NCBI GenBank assembly: GCA_963775425.1
Contig: CAVZJB010000003.1
Span: 384,001-448,000, forward strand
DNA: 64,000 nucleotides
DNA from: an uncultured delta proteobacterium
Lineage (GTDB): Bacteria; Myxococcota; UBA727; VGSZ01
Direction of reading: 5' to 3'
Part shown: in pieces, positions 19,329 through 28,487 of the stretch
Layout: every line of letters starts with the position of its first letter
Position numbering within the stretch: the stretch's first letter is position 1
Notes under the pieces: generated by a model
Seen by the model: only the letters and a program-made list of their open reading frames with translations
Told to the model about the DNA's origin: nothing
Databases searched by the model: none
Position numbers and translations under genes: made by a program

Positions 19329-21038
19329 GTGGCGCAGTGTGTCGTCTGCAGCAGCGAGATTCGCGACGACGCGCGGTTCTGCCCGTCGTGCGGAGCCGAG
19401 CAGCCGCGCATGGAGGTCGCCGGCACCGACGCCGACCCGCTCATGGGCAAGGTGGTCGCCCGCAAGTTCAAGGTCGAAAAGCTCCTCGGCGTCGGCGGCA
19501 TGGGCAAGGTCTACAAGGCCCGGCAGCTCAGCCTCGACAAGGCCGTCGTCGTCAAGGTCCTCCACGATCAGTTCCGTGAAGACCCGCAGCTCGTGCAGCG
19601 CTTCCAGCGCGAGGCCAAGGCCGCGTCGCGCCTGAACCACCCGAACTCCATCCAGATCATCGACTTCGGCCAGGACGACGGCGGCGTCGTGTTCATGGCC
19701 ATGGAATTCCTCCAGGGCCAGGACCTGTTCGCGGTCCTCAAGAGGGACGGGCCGCTGCCGCCCGGGCGCATCGCCAAGATCATGATCCAGGCGTGCTCGG
19801 CGCTGGCGGAGGCGCACGAGCAGCACGTCGTGCACCGCGACCTCAAGCCCGAAAACATCATGGTCGAGGACCGCCGGGGCCAGAAGGACTTCGTCAAGGT
19901 CCTCGACTTCGGCATCGCCAAGATCCAGGACCCCGGCGAGGGACAGCAGGCGCTCACGCAGGCCGGCATGGTGTGCGGGACGCCCGAGTACATGTCGCCC
20001 GAGCAGGCGCGCGGCCTCCAGCTCGACCCGCGCAGCGACATCTACGCCCTCGGCGTCGTCATGTATCAGCTCGCCGTCGGTGAGCTGCCCTTCGTGGCGG
20101 ACACGCCCATCGGCATCGTCACCAAGCACATCCTCGAGAAGCCGGTGCCGCCGCGGCAGCGCGCGCCGCAGCTCAACATCCCCGAGGAGCTCGAAAACAT
20201 CATCATGAAGGCGATGGAGAAGGAGGCGGACAAGCGCTTCTCCAACGCCACCGAGCTCGCCGAGGCCCTCGAGGCCCTCGCGGTGAATTACCCGTACGAC
20301 GCCAAGGACGGCTCGGGCGCGCACCCGCGCGTGAGCACCGGCACGTCGGGCACCAACACCGCCGCCACCAACAAGCAGGGCGGCACCGCCGTCGTCTCGA
20401 CGGGCACGAGCACCACCACCAAGCCCACGCCCACGGGGCAGGCGCTCGATGGGCACGACGGCGGCGGCGGCGGCAGCGGGCTCAAGATCGCGGCGGCGTC
20501 GTTCGTCGGCGTCGTGCTCCTCGCGGTGGCGGCGCTGGTGGTCTTCAAGCTCTTCCTCAACAAGCCGGACCAGCCGCAGACCGCGGACGCAGGTGTCGCG
20601 GCCGTGGTCGCGGACGCCGGCGCTGTCGTCGCCGACGCGGGCAACGCGATCGTTCCGCCGCCGGCGATCGTCGACGCCGGCAGCGACGAGCCGGAGGACG
20701 TGGACGCGGGCGTCGTCGCCATCGTCGACGCCGGCAGCGCGAAGCGCGTGGACGCGGGCGTCGTGCGCCCCCCCCGCGGCAACCACTTGGCGGCGAAGAA
20801 GATCTTCGGACCCGCGCACCAGCAGTTCATCCAGGGCGACTGCGGCAAGGCGATGCCCGAGCTCATCAAGGCGGCCAGGCTCGACCCCACCTTCGGCGAG
20901 CCCATGCGCGACATCGCCATGTGCCACAAGCTCGCCGGCCACGCCGACGGCGCCTGCAGCGCCATCAAGGAGTTCGTGAAGCGCAAGCACATGCGCGGCG
21001 CGAACGCCGAGAATTATCTCAAGCAGTTCTGCCAGTAA
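19329..21038 (+). CDS. Hanks-type Ser/Thr protein kinase with N-terminal zinc ribbon, TM helix and periplasmic TPR-like domain
   Basis: CVVC..FCPSCG, LGVGGMGKVY, HRDLKPEN, DFG and GTPEYMSPE; TM helix; DAG-repeat linker; GGAGG upstream of the GTG. Confidence 0.96.
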   Translation: MAQCVVCSSEIRDDARFCPSCGAEQPRMEVAGTDADPLMGKVVARKFKVEKLLGVGGMGKVYKARQLSLDKAVVVKVLHDQFREDPQLVQRFQREAKAASRLNHPNSIQIIDFGQDDGGVVFMAMEFLQGQDLFAVLKRDGPLPPGRIAKIMIQACSALAEAHEQHVVHRDLKPENIMVEDRRGQKDFVKVLDFGIAKIQDPGEGQQALTQAGMVCGTPEYMSPEQARGLQLDPRSDIYALGVVMYQLAVGELPFVADTPIGIVTKHILEKPVPPRQRAPQLNIPEELENIIMKAMEKEADKRFSNATELAEALEALAVNYPYDAKDGSGAHPRVSTGTSGTNTAATNKQGGTAVVSTGTSTTTKPTPTGQALDGHDGGGGGSGLKIAAASFVGVVLLAVAALVVFKLFLNKPDQPQTADAGVAAVVADAGAVVADAGNAIVPPPAIVDAGSDEPEDVDAGVVAIVDAGSAKRVDAGVVRPPRGNHLAAKKIFGPAHQQFIQGDCGKAMPELIKAARLDPTFGEPMRDIAMCHKLAGHADGACSAIKEFVKRKHMRGANAENYLKQFCQ

Positions 21039-21078
21039 CGGCTCGGCTGCCGGCTCAGGGGCGGCCCAGGGGGCCAGC

Positions 21079-22464
21079 TCAGCGAGGCAGCTCGACGCGG
21101 AGCACTTTGTCACCGAGGAGCACCAGGTCGCCGTGCAGCAGGCGCGTGGCGCTGCGCGCGCGGACGTAGGTGCCGTTGCGCGAGCGAAGGTCCTCGAGGA
21201 CGAGGCCGTTTCCGTCGTGCGTGAGCTGCGCGTGGCGCTCGGACACGAAGCTGTCGCGCGGGAAGTTCACGTCGCAGTTGCTGCGGCCGAGCGTCAGCAG
21301 GCGCTGGCAGCGGTAAAAGACCTCGTTTTGCACGGGGTCGGGCCCGATGCGCAAAAGGGTGATGGGCGGCGCGGGCTTCACCAGGCTGCCGAGGATCCGC
21401 GTGCCCGGATCGGCGCGCACCGCGACCGGGCGATCCTCCTCGCCGAGCACCCGCAGCCGCTGTGCGCCGACGACGATCTCGTCTCCGCGCGCGAGCTGCG
21501 CCGGCTCGCGCACCTTCACGAAGACGCCGTTGGTGGTGTCCTCGGGCTCGAGCCACAGGTCGGCGCCGCGAAAGACGAGCTTGCAGTGGCGGATGGCGAG
21601 CGCGTCGTCGTCGGGGAAGAGCACCATGCCGTCGGCGCGCCCGATGACGGTCTCGCCCGCCTGCAGCCGCCACTGCGAGCCGTACGCGCTCTGGCCGCGC
21701 ACGAGCACGAGCTTGGCGGTGCGCTCGGCGGTGGCGGCGCCGAAGAACAACGTCGTCGACGGCTGGGCCTGCGGCGCCGCCTGCGCCGCGTGCATCGCCG
21801 GCATCACCATAGTCCCGCCCTGCGGCAGGATCGGCGAGGGCAGGTTGGGGTTCGGCATCTTGGCCGCCGCGATCTGCATGGTGGCCATGGGCTGGCTCGG
21901 CGGCACCGCGCCCACGCGCGTGCCGCAGTTGCGGCAGAAGCGGTCCTCGGGGGCGAGGGGCGCGTCGCAGTGCGCGCATGTCCGCTCGGACGCGGGCGCG
22001 CCGGTGGACGAGGGGGGCGTGGACGTCGGCGGCGCGGGCACCGCGGCGTTCGGGCCCGAAGGCGGCGCGCTCCCGGTCCGCGCCTGCGGCTGCAGCGGCG
22101 AGGGCGCAGCCAGCCCGGCGCCCTCGGCGCCCGTGGCGACGGTGGCGAGGTCCACGGCCTTCATGGCGAATTGCGTCGAGAGCGGCTGCCCCGTGGGCGG
22201 CGTCAGCCACGACGGCGGCACCACCGGCGACGCCTCGGGCGGCGGCGGCTCCTCGGGCTCCACCGCCGCGAGCGGCGCGCCGCACGAGGTGCACACGGCG
22301 ACACCGGGGTCGTTGTACGCGTCGCAGCGCTCGCACACGAGGCCGAGCATGAGGGACAGCGCGGAGTCCTCGCCGCCGTCGACGGGCTGGGCGGCCCCGC
22401 ACTGCTCACAATAGGGCTTGGTCTGCGCTGGAGCGCCGCAGCTCAGGCAGTCCCATGTTTGCAT
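21079..22464 (-). CDS. Multi zinc-ribbon plus tandem FHA domain protein
   Basis: Three CxxC/CxxC ribbons and two FHA domains (IGR..RH..TNG; LGR..VSERH..DLRSRNGT); same architecture as 7715-8983. Confidence 0.9.
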   Translation of the reverse strand: MQTWDCLSCGAPAQTKPYCEQCGAAQPVDGGEDSALSLMLGLVCERCDAYNDPGVAVCTSCGAPLAAVEPEEPPPPEASPVVPPSWLTPPTGQPLSTQFAMKAVDLATVATGAEGAGLAAPSPLQPQARTGSAPPSGPNAAVPAPPTSTPPSSTGAPASERTCAHCDAPLAPEDRFCRNCGTRVGAVPPSQPMATMQIAAAKMPNPNLPSPILPQGGTMVMPAMHAAQAAPQAQPSTTLFFGAATAERTAKLVLVRGQSAYGSQWRLQAGETVIGRADGMVLFPDDDALAIRHCKLVFRGADLWLEPEDTTNGVFVKVREPAQLARGDEIVVGAQRLRVLGEEDRPVAVRADPGTRILGSLVKPAPPITLLRIGPDPVQNEVFYRCQRLLTLGRSNCDVNFPRDSFVSERHAQLTHDGNGLVLEDLRSRNGTYVRARSATRLLHGDLVLLGDKVLRVELPR

Positions 22465-22510
22465 CGCCCCCGACTGTGTGCGACGACGACGGCGAGAGTC
22501 AACAGACGTG

Positions 22511-23560
22511 ATGCACCTGTTCGCGCTCGCGCTCCTCGCGCCGATGATCGGCTCGCCGGTGGCACCGGCTCCCGAGCGCGGCGTCGCCCTCGGCTTGTTC
22601 GCGAGCGATCCGCGCTACGACTACGGCCCGCTGCTCGACGAGATCCGTGATCTCGGCGCCACCGACGTCGAGCTCGACGTCGTCTGGACGCAGCACGACC
22701 GGCGGAGCGCCCGCATCCACCGCACCCGCGGCATCACCCCCGACGACGCCACCGTGCTTCGCACGCTGCGGCAAGCGAAGGCGCGGGGGCTGCGCGCGCT
22801 GCTGTTCCCCATCGTCCGCCTCGAGCAGCGGTCGGCGAAGGAGTGGCGGGGGCGCATCGATCCGGCCGCCGGCAAGGACGCGTGGTTCTCGTCGTACGGC
22901 GACTTCCTCGACGTCATGGCCGGGCTCGCCGCGCAGGGCGGCGCGGCGGGCTTGAGCGTCGGCAGCGAGCTCGTGTCCCTCGAGGATCAGGAGGCGCACT
23001 GGCGCGCGCTCATCGCCCGCGCGCGCGCGCGCTTTCCTGGGCGGCTCCTCTACTCGGCGAACTGGGACCACTTCGACGAGGTGCCGTTCTGGGACGCCGT
23101 CGACGAGGTGGGGGTCACCGGCTACTTCGAGCTCGCCACGGACGACGCGCTCCCCTCGGCCGCCGCGCTCGACGCTGCGTGGGGGGCGCCGCGTGCGGCG
23201 CTCGTGGCGCTCAAGGAGCGTACGCACAAGCCGCTCGTCGTCACCGAGGTCGGCTACCCGTCGCTGGTGGGCGCGGCGCACCGGCCGTGGGACGAGACGC
23301 GGGTGGCCGCGGTCGACGTCCTTGGGCAGGCCCGCCTCATCTCGTCGTTCTGCCGCGCGATGGTGGGCGCCGGCGTCGTCGACGGCTTCTACGTGTGGAA
23401 CTGGTTCGGCACCGGGGCGCAGGACGGCAGCTACTCGCCGCGGGGCAAGCCGGCGGCGGCGGACGTGGCGCGTTGCCTGGCCGCTCCCTCGGCTGCCTCC
23501 GGTCGCTTTTTGGCGCCGGCGGTGCGAATCGGGGCAGGCTCTGCGTCCGGAGGTGACTGA
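22511..23560 (+). CDS. Secreted GH113/GTA TIM-barrel-like glycoside hydrolase
   Basis: Signal peptide, WRGRI, VGSEL, YSANWD, FWDAVD.VGV..Y, TEVGY and GKPA. Confidence 0.8.
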   Translation: MHLFALALLAPMIGSPVAPAPERGVALGLFASDPRYDYGPLLDEIRDLGATDVELDVVWTQHDRRSARIHRTRGITPDDATVLRTLRQAKARGLRALLFPIVRLEQRSAKEWRGRIDPAAGKDAWFSSYGDFLDVMAGLAAQGGAAGLSVGSELVSLEDQEAHWRALIARARARFPGRLLYSANWDHFDEVPFWDAVDEVGVTGYFELATDDALPSAAALDAAWGAPRAALVALKERTHKPLVVTEVGYPSLVGAAHRPWDETRVAAVDVLGQARLISSFCRAMVGAGVVDGFYVWNWFGTGAQDGSYSPRGKPAAADVARCLAAPSAASGRFLAPAVRIGAGSASGGD

Positions 23561-23894
23561 GGTGGACGAGACGGACAACCGCAGGAGCTTCGCGCGGGCG
23601 CCGCTGTCGAACAGCGCGGCATACCTGTCCGTGCATCGCTTGCTGATCGCGCGGGTCGGCGACGTGTCCGCCGGCGGGGCATTCCTGGGGACGACGCACC
23701 CGGATCCGGTCGGCACCCGGGCCACCCTCGAGGTGTTCGGCGAGAGCCTCGACGTCGAGGTGGTGCGCGTCTGCTTCGACGGTGCGCGGGCAGGGATGGG
23801 CGTGTCGTTCGTCGACGTCCCGCGCGCGGTGCGCCGCCGGATCGCGGGCCCGGCGGAGCGCGTCACCGACGCGCCCGGGCGAAGCGATGCCTGA
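23553..23894 (+). CDS. Stand-alone PilZ domain protein
   Basis: RSFAR (RxxxR) and DVSAGG (DxSxxG) c-di-GMP motifs, EVVR and GMGVSF. Confidence 0.88.
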   Translation: MTEVDETDNRRSFARAPLSNSAAYLSVHRLLIARVGDVSAGGAFLGTTHPDPVGTRATLEVFGESLDVEVVRVCFDGARAGMGVSFVDVPRAVRRRIAGPAERVTDAPGRSDA

Positions 23895-24918
23895 GCGCCG
23901 CCCGTTGCGCGACGTGCTGATCGAGCAGGGGCAGACGCTCTTCTCGGGGCGCATCGACGTCGATGCGAGCGGGCTCGCCGGCGTGGTGCACATGGGCGAC
24001 GGCATCATCCTCGAGGCGCGCCTCGGGACCACGTCGGGGGAGCCCGCGCTTTGGCGGATGCTCCTGCCGGAGCGGGCGAGCATCACGGTGGAGCCGGGCA
24101 AGCCGCGGGCGACGGCGGGGGCCGTGCTCGGCAAGCCCGACGCGCTGCTCGCGCGCTACGACGAGCGCGTCGCCGTGCTGCACGTGTACGCGGAGAAGGT
24201 CGGCGGCTTCGACCGCGTGTGGGCCCTGCGCTTCGACGCCCTGGCGGCGCTCCTCGAGGAGCTCCCGGACGCCATCAACCCGATCCTGCGGCTCCTCGAC
24301 GGAAAGCGCAGCGTGCGTCAGGTGGTGGCCGAGAGCCCCCTCGACGACATGCTCGCGCTGCGCATCCTCGGGAGGCTCCTGGCGCTCGGCGTGCTCGTGC
24401 TCCCCGACGACGTCGTGCAGCGCAGCACCGAAGCCGCCGTCGTCGACGTCGACGAGGGCCTGGAGGCCGCGCTCGCCGCGAGCCTCGCCGAGATCGAGGC
24501 CGAGGAGGCCGCGAACCCGCCGAGCGAGCCGATCCTGCTGACGACGCGCACGACCCCGCCTGCGACGACCCCGCCTGCGACGACCCCGCCTGCGACGACC
24601 CCGCCCGCGACGGACCCGCCCGCGCCGGCCGCGCCTGGGACGACCCCCCCGAAGCCGGCGCCGCGCGCCGTGACGATGATGCCGAGGGAGGCCTCGGACA
24701 CCACGCTCCCCGTCGTCATCGGGCTGCCCTCGGCGCCGCCCCTCGAGAAGCAGGACGAGCTGCGCTCCTGGCTCGGCAGCGAAGAGGAATTCTTCAACCG
24801 CGAGCACCGGCGCGACGTCGTGCGCCCGCGGTCGCGCGGGCTGAGCCCGCTGTGGATGGTCGCGATCCTCGTCGTCGGCGCCGCCCTCGGCGCGCTCCTC
24901 ACGACGAAAGGCTGCTGA
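23887..24918 (+). CDS. DUF4388/PATAN-like protein with winged helix and C-terminal TM
   Basis: L.DVL....SGRI..G.I..A..GE.AL.R.L pattern, ILRLLDGKRSV, TTPPA repeats and a C-terminal TM. Confidence 0.65.
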   Translation: MPERRPLRDVLIEQGQTLFSGRIDVDASGLAGVVHMGDGIILEARLGTTSGEPALWRMLLPERASITVEPGKPRATAGAVLGKPDALLARYDERVAVLHVYAEKVGGFDRVWALRFDALAALLEELPDAINPILRLLDGKRSVRQVVAESPLDDMLALRILGRLLALGVLVLPDDVVQRSTEAAVVDVDEGLEAALAASLAEIEAEEAANPPSEPILLTTRTTPPATTPPATTPPATTPPATDPPAPAAPGTTPPKPAPRAVTMMPREASDTTLPVVIGLPSAPPLEKQDELRSWLGSEEEFFNREHRRDVVRPRSRGLSPLWMVAILVVGAALGALLTTKGC

Positions 24919-25741
24919 GCTCGCGCACGAGGCCCGAGCCGTCGTCGGGCCAGGCGCAGCCGACCTCGACGAGCACCAGGCCCTGCGGCGGCGCGCACAG
25001 GCCGGCCGCCCGGCGGTCCCGCGCCGCAAGGATGCCGGGGACGTCGTCGGGCGCGCGCAGCCCCGCCCCCACCTCGACGAGCAGCGCGACGAGGTTTCGC
25101 ACCATCTTTCGCACGAAGGCGTCGCCCGCGATCTCCACGACGAAGCGGCGCGGGCCGTCGTCGTCGCCGAGGGGGAACGGCCCGCCCACGCGCACGGACG
25201 CCAGGGTCTTGTCCGCGCTGGCGGCGTCGCACCGCGCCGCGCGCAGCGACGAGAAGTCGTGCCTGCCCACGAGGTGGCCCGCGGCCGCGCGCATTCGCCC
25301 ACCGTCCAGGCGCGGCGCCACCGCCCACAGCCAGGGCCGGTCGGGGTCCGCGTCCGCGCTCTGGTCCTCGAGCAGGTAGCGGTAGCGCTTCCCACGCGAG
25401 CTGCCGCGGGCGTGCACGGAGGGGGGCACGGCGAAGGCGCGCACGTGCACGAGGCCGTCGTCGCGGGGGACCTCGAGCCGGGCGATGACGTCGTCGAGGG
25501 AGGGCAGCTCGCGCCAGTAGCAGGTGGCGAGGTTGTTCAGGGCGTGGACGCCCGCGTCGGTGCGGGCGGCGAAGTTGAGCCCCTTGGGCGGGGCCCCCGC
25601 CGCCGCCGCCAGCAGCCGCTCCTTGAGCGCCTGGCCGGCGGTGGGGATCGCCCCGGCCTGGGGCTGCAGGCCGCGGAACCGGGCGCCGTCATACCCGAAC
25701 CGGACGAGCAATTGGGCGCGGTGCAGATCGTGGGGTCTCAA
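24899..25741 (-). CDS. truA: tRNA pseudouridine(38-40) synthase
   Basis: YDG..F.G.Q.Q, ARTDAGVHA, KRYRY, GRHDFSS, F.RKMVR and APPQGL.L. Start uncertain: TTG at 25741, ORF open to 25801. Confidence 0.9.
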   Translation of the reverse strand: MRPHDLHRAQLLVRFGYDGARFRGLQPQAGAIPTAGQALKERLLAAAAGAPPKGLNFAARTDAGVHALNNLATCYWRELPSLDDVIARLEVPRDDGLVHVRAFAVPPSVHARGSSRGKRYRYLLEDQSADADPDRPWLWAVAPRLDGGRMRAAAGHLVGRHDFSSLRAARCDAASADKTLASVRVGGPFPLGDDDGPRRFVVEIAGDAFVRKMVRNLVALLVEVGAGLRAPDDVPGILAARDRRAAGLCAPPQGLVLVEVGCAWPDDGSGLVRELSSLSS

Positions 25742-25803
25742 GGGGACATACCTGGCTCGGGCTTGTCGGCGGAGCGGCGAAAACGCGATGCTACCAACCA
25801 ACG

Positions 25804-26883
25804 ATGTCGGCCCGCCCGAGCCCCCCGCCGCGCAAGAAGAGCCCCGCGTCCGCGCCGCCGCTGCGCGCGGTGCGCCGCGACGAGGGCGTCGACGCCGAGC
25901 TGTCGAAGCCGACGCTCGCCGCCCCCTCCGACGACGGCGATCCCACGAAGGGCGAGTGGCTCTTCAAGCACAACGAGATGGTGCTCGGGCCGGTGACGGC
26001 CATCGTCCTCGTCGAGCGCATCAAGGCAGGCGAGCTCTCCGCCGACACCCCCATCGCCCGCGACGGTCAGCCGTTCAAGCCGATGAAGCTCGTGCCGCTC
26101 TTCCGGGAGGCCTACGAGGCCACGCTGGAGCTCAAGCGCCGCATCGAGGAAGAGCGGGCGCACAACGCCAAGGTGCGGCGCGCCCGCGTGCTGCAGGTGA
26201 TCCTCTACAGCGTCATGGTCCTCGTGCCCGCCGTCGGTGGCGCGGCCGCCGGGCGCCTCGTGATGATCAAGAAGCCCTGGGACAAGACGCCCGAGTGGAT
26301 CGCCAAGGCGCCGCCCCTCGTGGACCTGCCGCCGCCCGCGCCCGCCCCGGCGAAGCCGGTGACGCCCACGGCCCCCGTCGTCGCCGCCAACGACGCCGAC
26401 AGCGGCGCCACCGAGCCCGATCGCCCCGACCGCCCCGATCACCGCGGCCACGTCACGCACCACGCGAAGAAGGACGACGGCAAGAGGGACAAGGGCAAGG
26501 ACAAGGAAGAGACCAGCGCGCCCGAGAAGGACCAGGGCTTCGTCAAGGAGCTCACCAACGCACAGGCCATCGCGCCGCTCAAGGAGCACGCGGTGCGCAG
26601 CGCGCTCGGGAGCTGCTTCAAAAACGAGGTGGAGACCAACCCCGACATGCCCACGCCGTTGAACCTCGCGTACACCATCACGGAGCAGGGGCGGTCGGCG
26701 AACGTGGAGATCACCAACCGCGAGGAGCGCGGCCGGCCCATCCAGAGCTGCGTCAAGAAGGCCCTGGCGCTGGCGCGTTGGCCGCGCTTCGAAGGCGAGC
26801 GCAAGAACGTCACGGTGCCGTTCAACATCAGGAAGCCCAAGCCGGCGGCGACCCACGGCCCGGTCGAGGGCAAGCACAAATAG
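25804..26883 (+). CDS. GYF_2-domain membrane protein with TonB-C/AgmX-like C-terminal domain
   Basis: W......LGPV....L...IKAGELSADT, a TM helix, a Pro-rich linker and a C-terminal domain with paired Cys and W.RF.G..VTVPF. Confidence 0.75.
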   Translation: MSARPSPPPRKKSPASAPPLRAVRRDEGVDAELSKPTLAAPSDDGDPTKGEWLFKHNEMVLGPVTAIVLVERIKAGELSADTPIARDGQPFKPMKLVPLFREAYEATLELKRRIEEERAHNAKVRRARVLQVILYSVMVLVPAVGGAAAGRLVMIKKPWDKTPEWIAKAPPLVDLPPPAPAPAKPVTPTAPVVAANDADSGATEPDRPDRPDHRGHVTHHAKKDDGKRDKGKDKEETSAPEKDQGFVKELTNAQAIAPLKEHAVRSALGSCFKNEVETNPDMPTPLNLAYTITEQGRSANVEITNREERGRPIQSCVKKALALARWPRFEGERKNVTVPFNIRKPKPAATHGPVEGKHK

Positions 26884-26909
26884 CCTCTGTCGAGGCCTAC
26901 GCGCGCGCG

Positions 26910-27752
26910 TCACGCGCCGCGCAGGATGCGCTCCACGGTGCGCCGCGGGGTCCCGGACTGCGGGTGGAAGTACGCGCCGTGCTGGTGGTCGTCGGACGAC
27001 GCCGTCCAGTGCTTCCCCTTCTCCTCGGCCAGCGCGCGGAAGCGGGACGCGACGTGCGACGCGTGCCGCGAGGTGTACGCCTCGATGCCGCTCGCGGCGT
27101 CGTAGACGCGCGCGACGCGCTCCTTGTCGCGGTAGCGGTTCGGGTGCGCGACGACGTCGAAGCCGCCGTCCTCGCGGATGGCGTCGATGAGCTCCTCGGG
27201 GCTCCATGAAAACAGCGGGGCGTTGTCCCAGAAGTGCACGTGGTCGAGCTGGAACGCGGGGAACACGTCGCGGCAGCGCTCCGCGATGTGCAGGATGAGC
27301 GACTGCAGTTGCGGGAACTCCGCGGGGGGCGCCTTCGAGAGCGTCGCCTCGCCGAGCGCCGCGCGCACCTCGGCCGGCTGGCGCGCGACGAAGCCGAGCA
27401 CGTACGCCTTCCACGCCTCCGCGATGGCCAGCGAGCGCGCGTGGAGCGCCGTCTTTTGCAGGCGCCCGTCGAGGAACGCGGGCGGGAAGTAGGCGAGCAC
27501 GTGCACCTGCTCGGCGCGGTCGGTGCCGAAGTGGATGAAGCTCGTGGCCTCCATGGCCGGCACGAGCGTCACCCCGTGCGCCTTGGCGGCGGCGGCCGCG
27601 CGGGGCACGCCCGCGAAGGTGTCGTGGTCCGACAGCGCGATGACCTCGAAGCGGCGCGCGGCGCGGAAGGCGACGAAGTCCTCGGGGCTGGCGCGCCCGT
27701 CGGAGAAGAAGGTGTGGCCGTGGAGGTCCGTGGCGACGAGCTCGGTGGTCAT
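26910..27752 (-). CDS. PHP-domain metallo-phosphoesterase
   Basis: DLHGHT..SDG, ALSDHDT, E, HVLAY, VAHP, GIE and SSDDH. Confidence 0.9.
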   Translation of the reverse strand: MTTELVATDLHGHTFFSDGRASPEDFVAFRAARRFEVIALSDHDTFAGVPRAAAAAKAHGVTLVPAMEATSFIHFGTDRAEQVHVLAYFPPAFLDGRLQKTALHARSLAIAEAWKAYVLGFVARQPAEVRAALGEATLSKAPPAEFPQLQSLILHIAERCRDVFPAFQLDHVHFWDNAPLFSWSPEELIDAIREDGGFDVVAHPNRYRDKERVARVYDAASGIEAYTSRHASHVASRFRALAEEKGKHWTASSDDHQHGAYFHPQSGTPRRTVERILRGA

Positions 27753-28483
27753 GGCTTTCCTCCGGAGCCCGCGAGCGCCTCCTCGAGGCGCGCGACCTCG
27801 GCGGCGTCGCCCCTGGCGCGGGCTTGCGCGAGCGCCGCCGCGAGCGCCGAGCGGCGCGCGCGCGACAGCTTGGGGGACGTGGCGGCGTCGGCGGGCGACT
27901 CGACGCCGGTGCGCGCCGTGAAGGTGACGTCGGCGCGGTCGAGGTTTTCGAACGCGTCTTTGAGCGTGTCGTCGCGGCCGAAGATCACCACGCGGTGGTC
28001 GCCCGTGGGATCGAGGCTCTTGTGCCACCGCACGGTGCCGGCGCAGACGGCGCCGGCGAAGAAGGAGACCGCGAGCGTGCCGTCGTTGCCCCACGGCCCG
28101 TCGAAGCGGCCGACGACGGCGGACAGGAAGTAGCGGCCGCGGCTGTCGGCGCCGAAGGCCACCGCTTGCGCGTGGAAGTTGGCCGTGTGCGTCCCGAAGG
28201 CGTAGCGCCGGTGCAGCTCGCCGTAGGAGCCGCCCTTGAAGCGAACGCGCGCGTCGTCGTCGCGGGCGATGACCTGCGTGAGCGCGAAGCTGCGCGCGTC
28301 GGTGAGCGCGGCGGGAGCGTCGACGGGCTCGGGCGCGAGCGGGACGGCGCCGTCCTCGAACGGGATGCGGCAATGGATGAGGAACGCGATGCGTGCCGCG
28401 ACCGCGGGCTCCTGCCAGCGCGGGTCGAACAGGCTCGTGGGCATCCCGTCGGCGCCCCCGAGCTTCATCGGATACGTCTTCAC
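27749..28483 (-). CDS. Hypothetical protein
   Basis: 244-aa ORF with GC3-biased codons, tightly coupled to both neighbours (4-bp gap upstream, ATGA overlap downstream). Confidence 0.7.
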   Translation of the reverse strand: MKTYPMKLGGADGMPTSLFDPRWQEPAVAARIAFLIHCRIPFEDGAVPLAPEPVDAPAALTDARSFALTQVIARDDDARVRFKGGSYGELHRRYAFGTHTANFHAQAVAFGADSRGRYFLSAVVGRFDGPWGNDGTLAVSFFAGAVCAGTVRWHKSLDPTGDHRVVIFGRDDTLKDAFENLDRADVTFTARTGVESPADAATSPKLSRARRSALAAALAQARARGDAAEVARLEEALAGSGGKP

Positions 28484-28487
28484 GCGC

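Noticed and set aside
24550-24610. 15-bp TTPPA repeats, and the 30-bp Pro/Ala repeats near 8740-8820
   Set aside because: Ordinary low-complexity linker expansions inside proteins.
25738-25750. Possible third indel at the truA start (ATG TCC CCT TGA would join the frame with one more C)
   Set aside because: An in-frame TTG at 25741 gives an intact protein, so no indel is needed; this cannot be resolved without reads.
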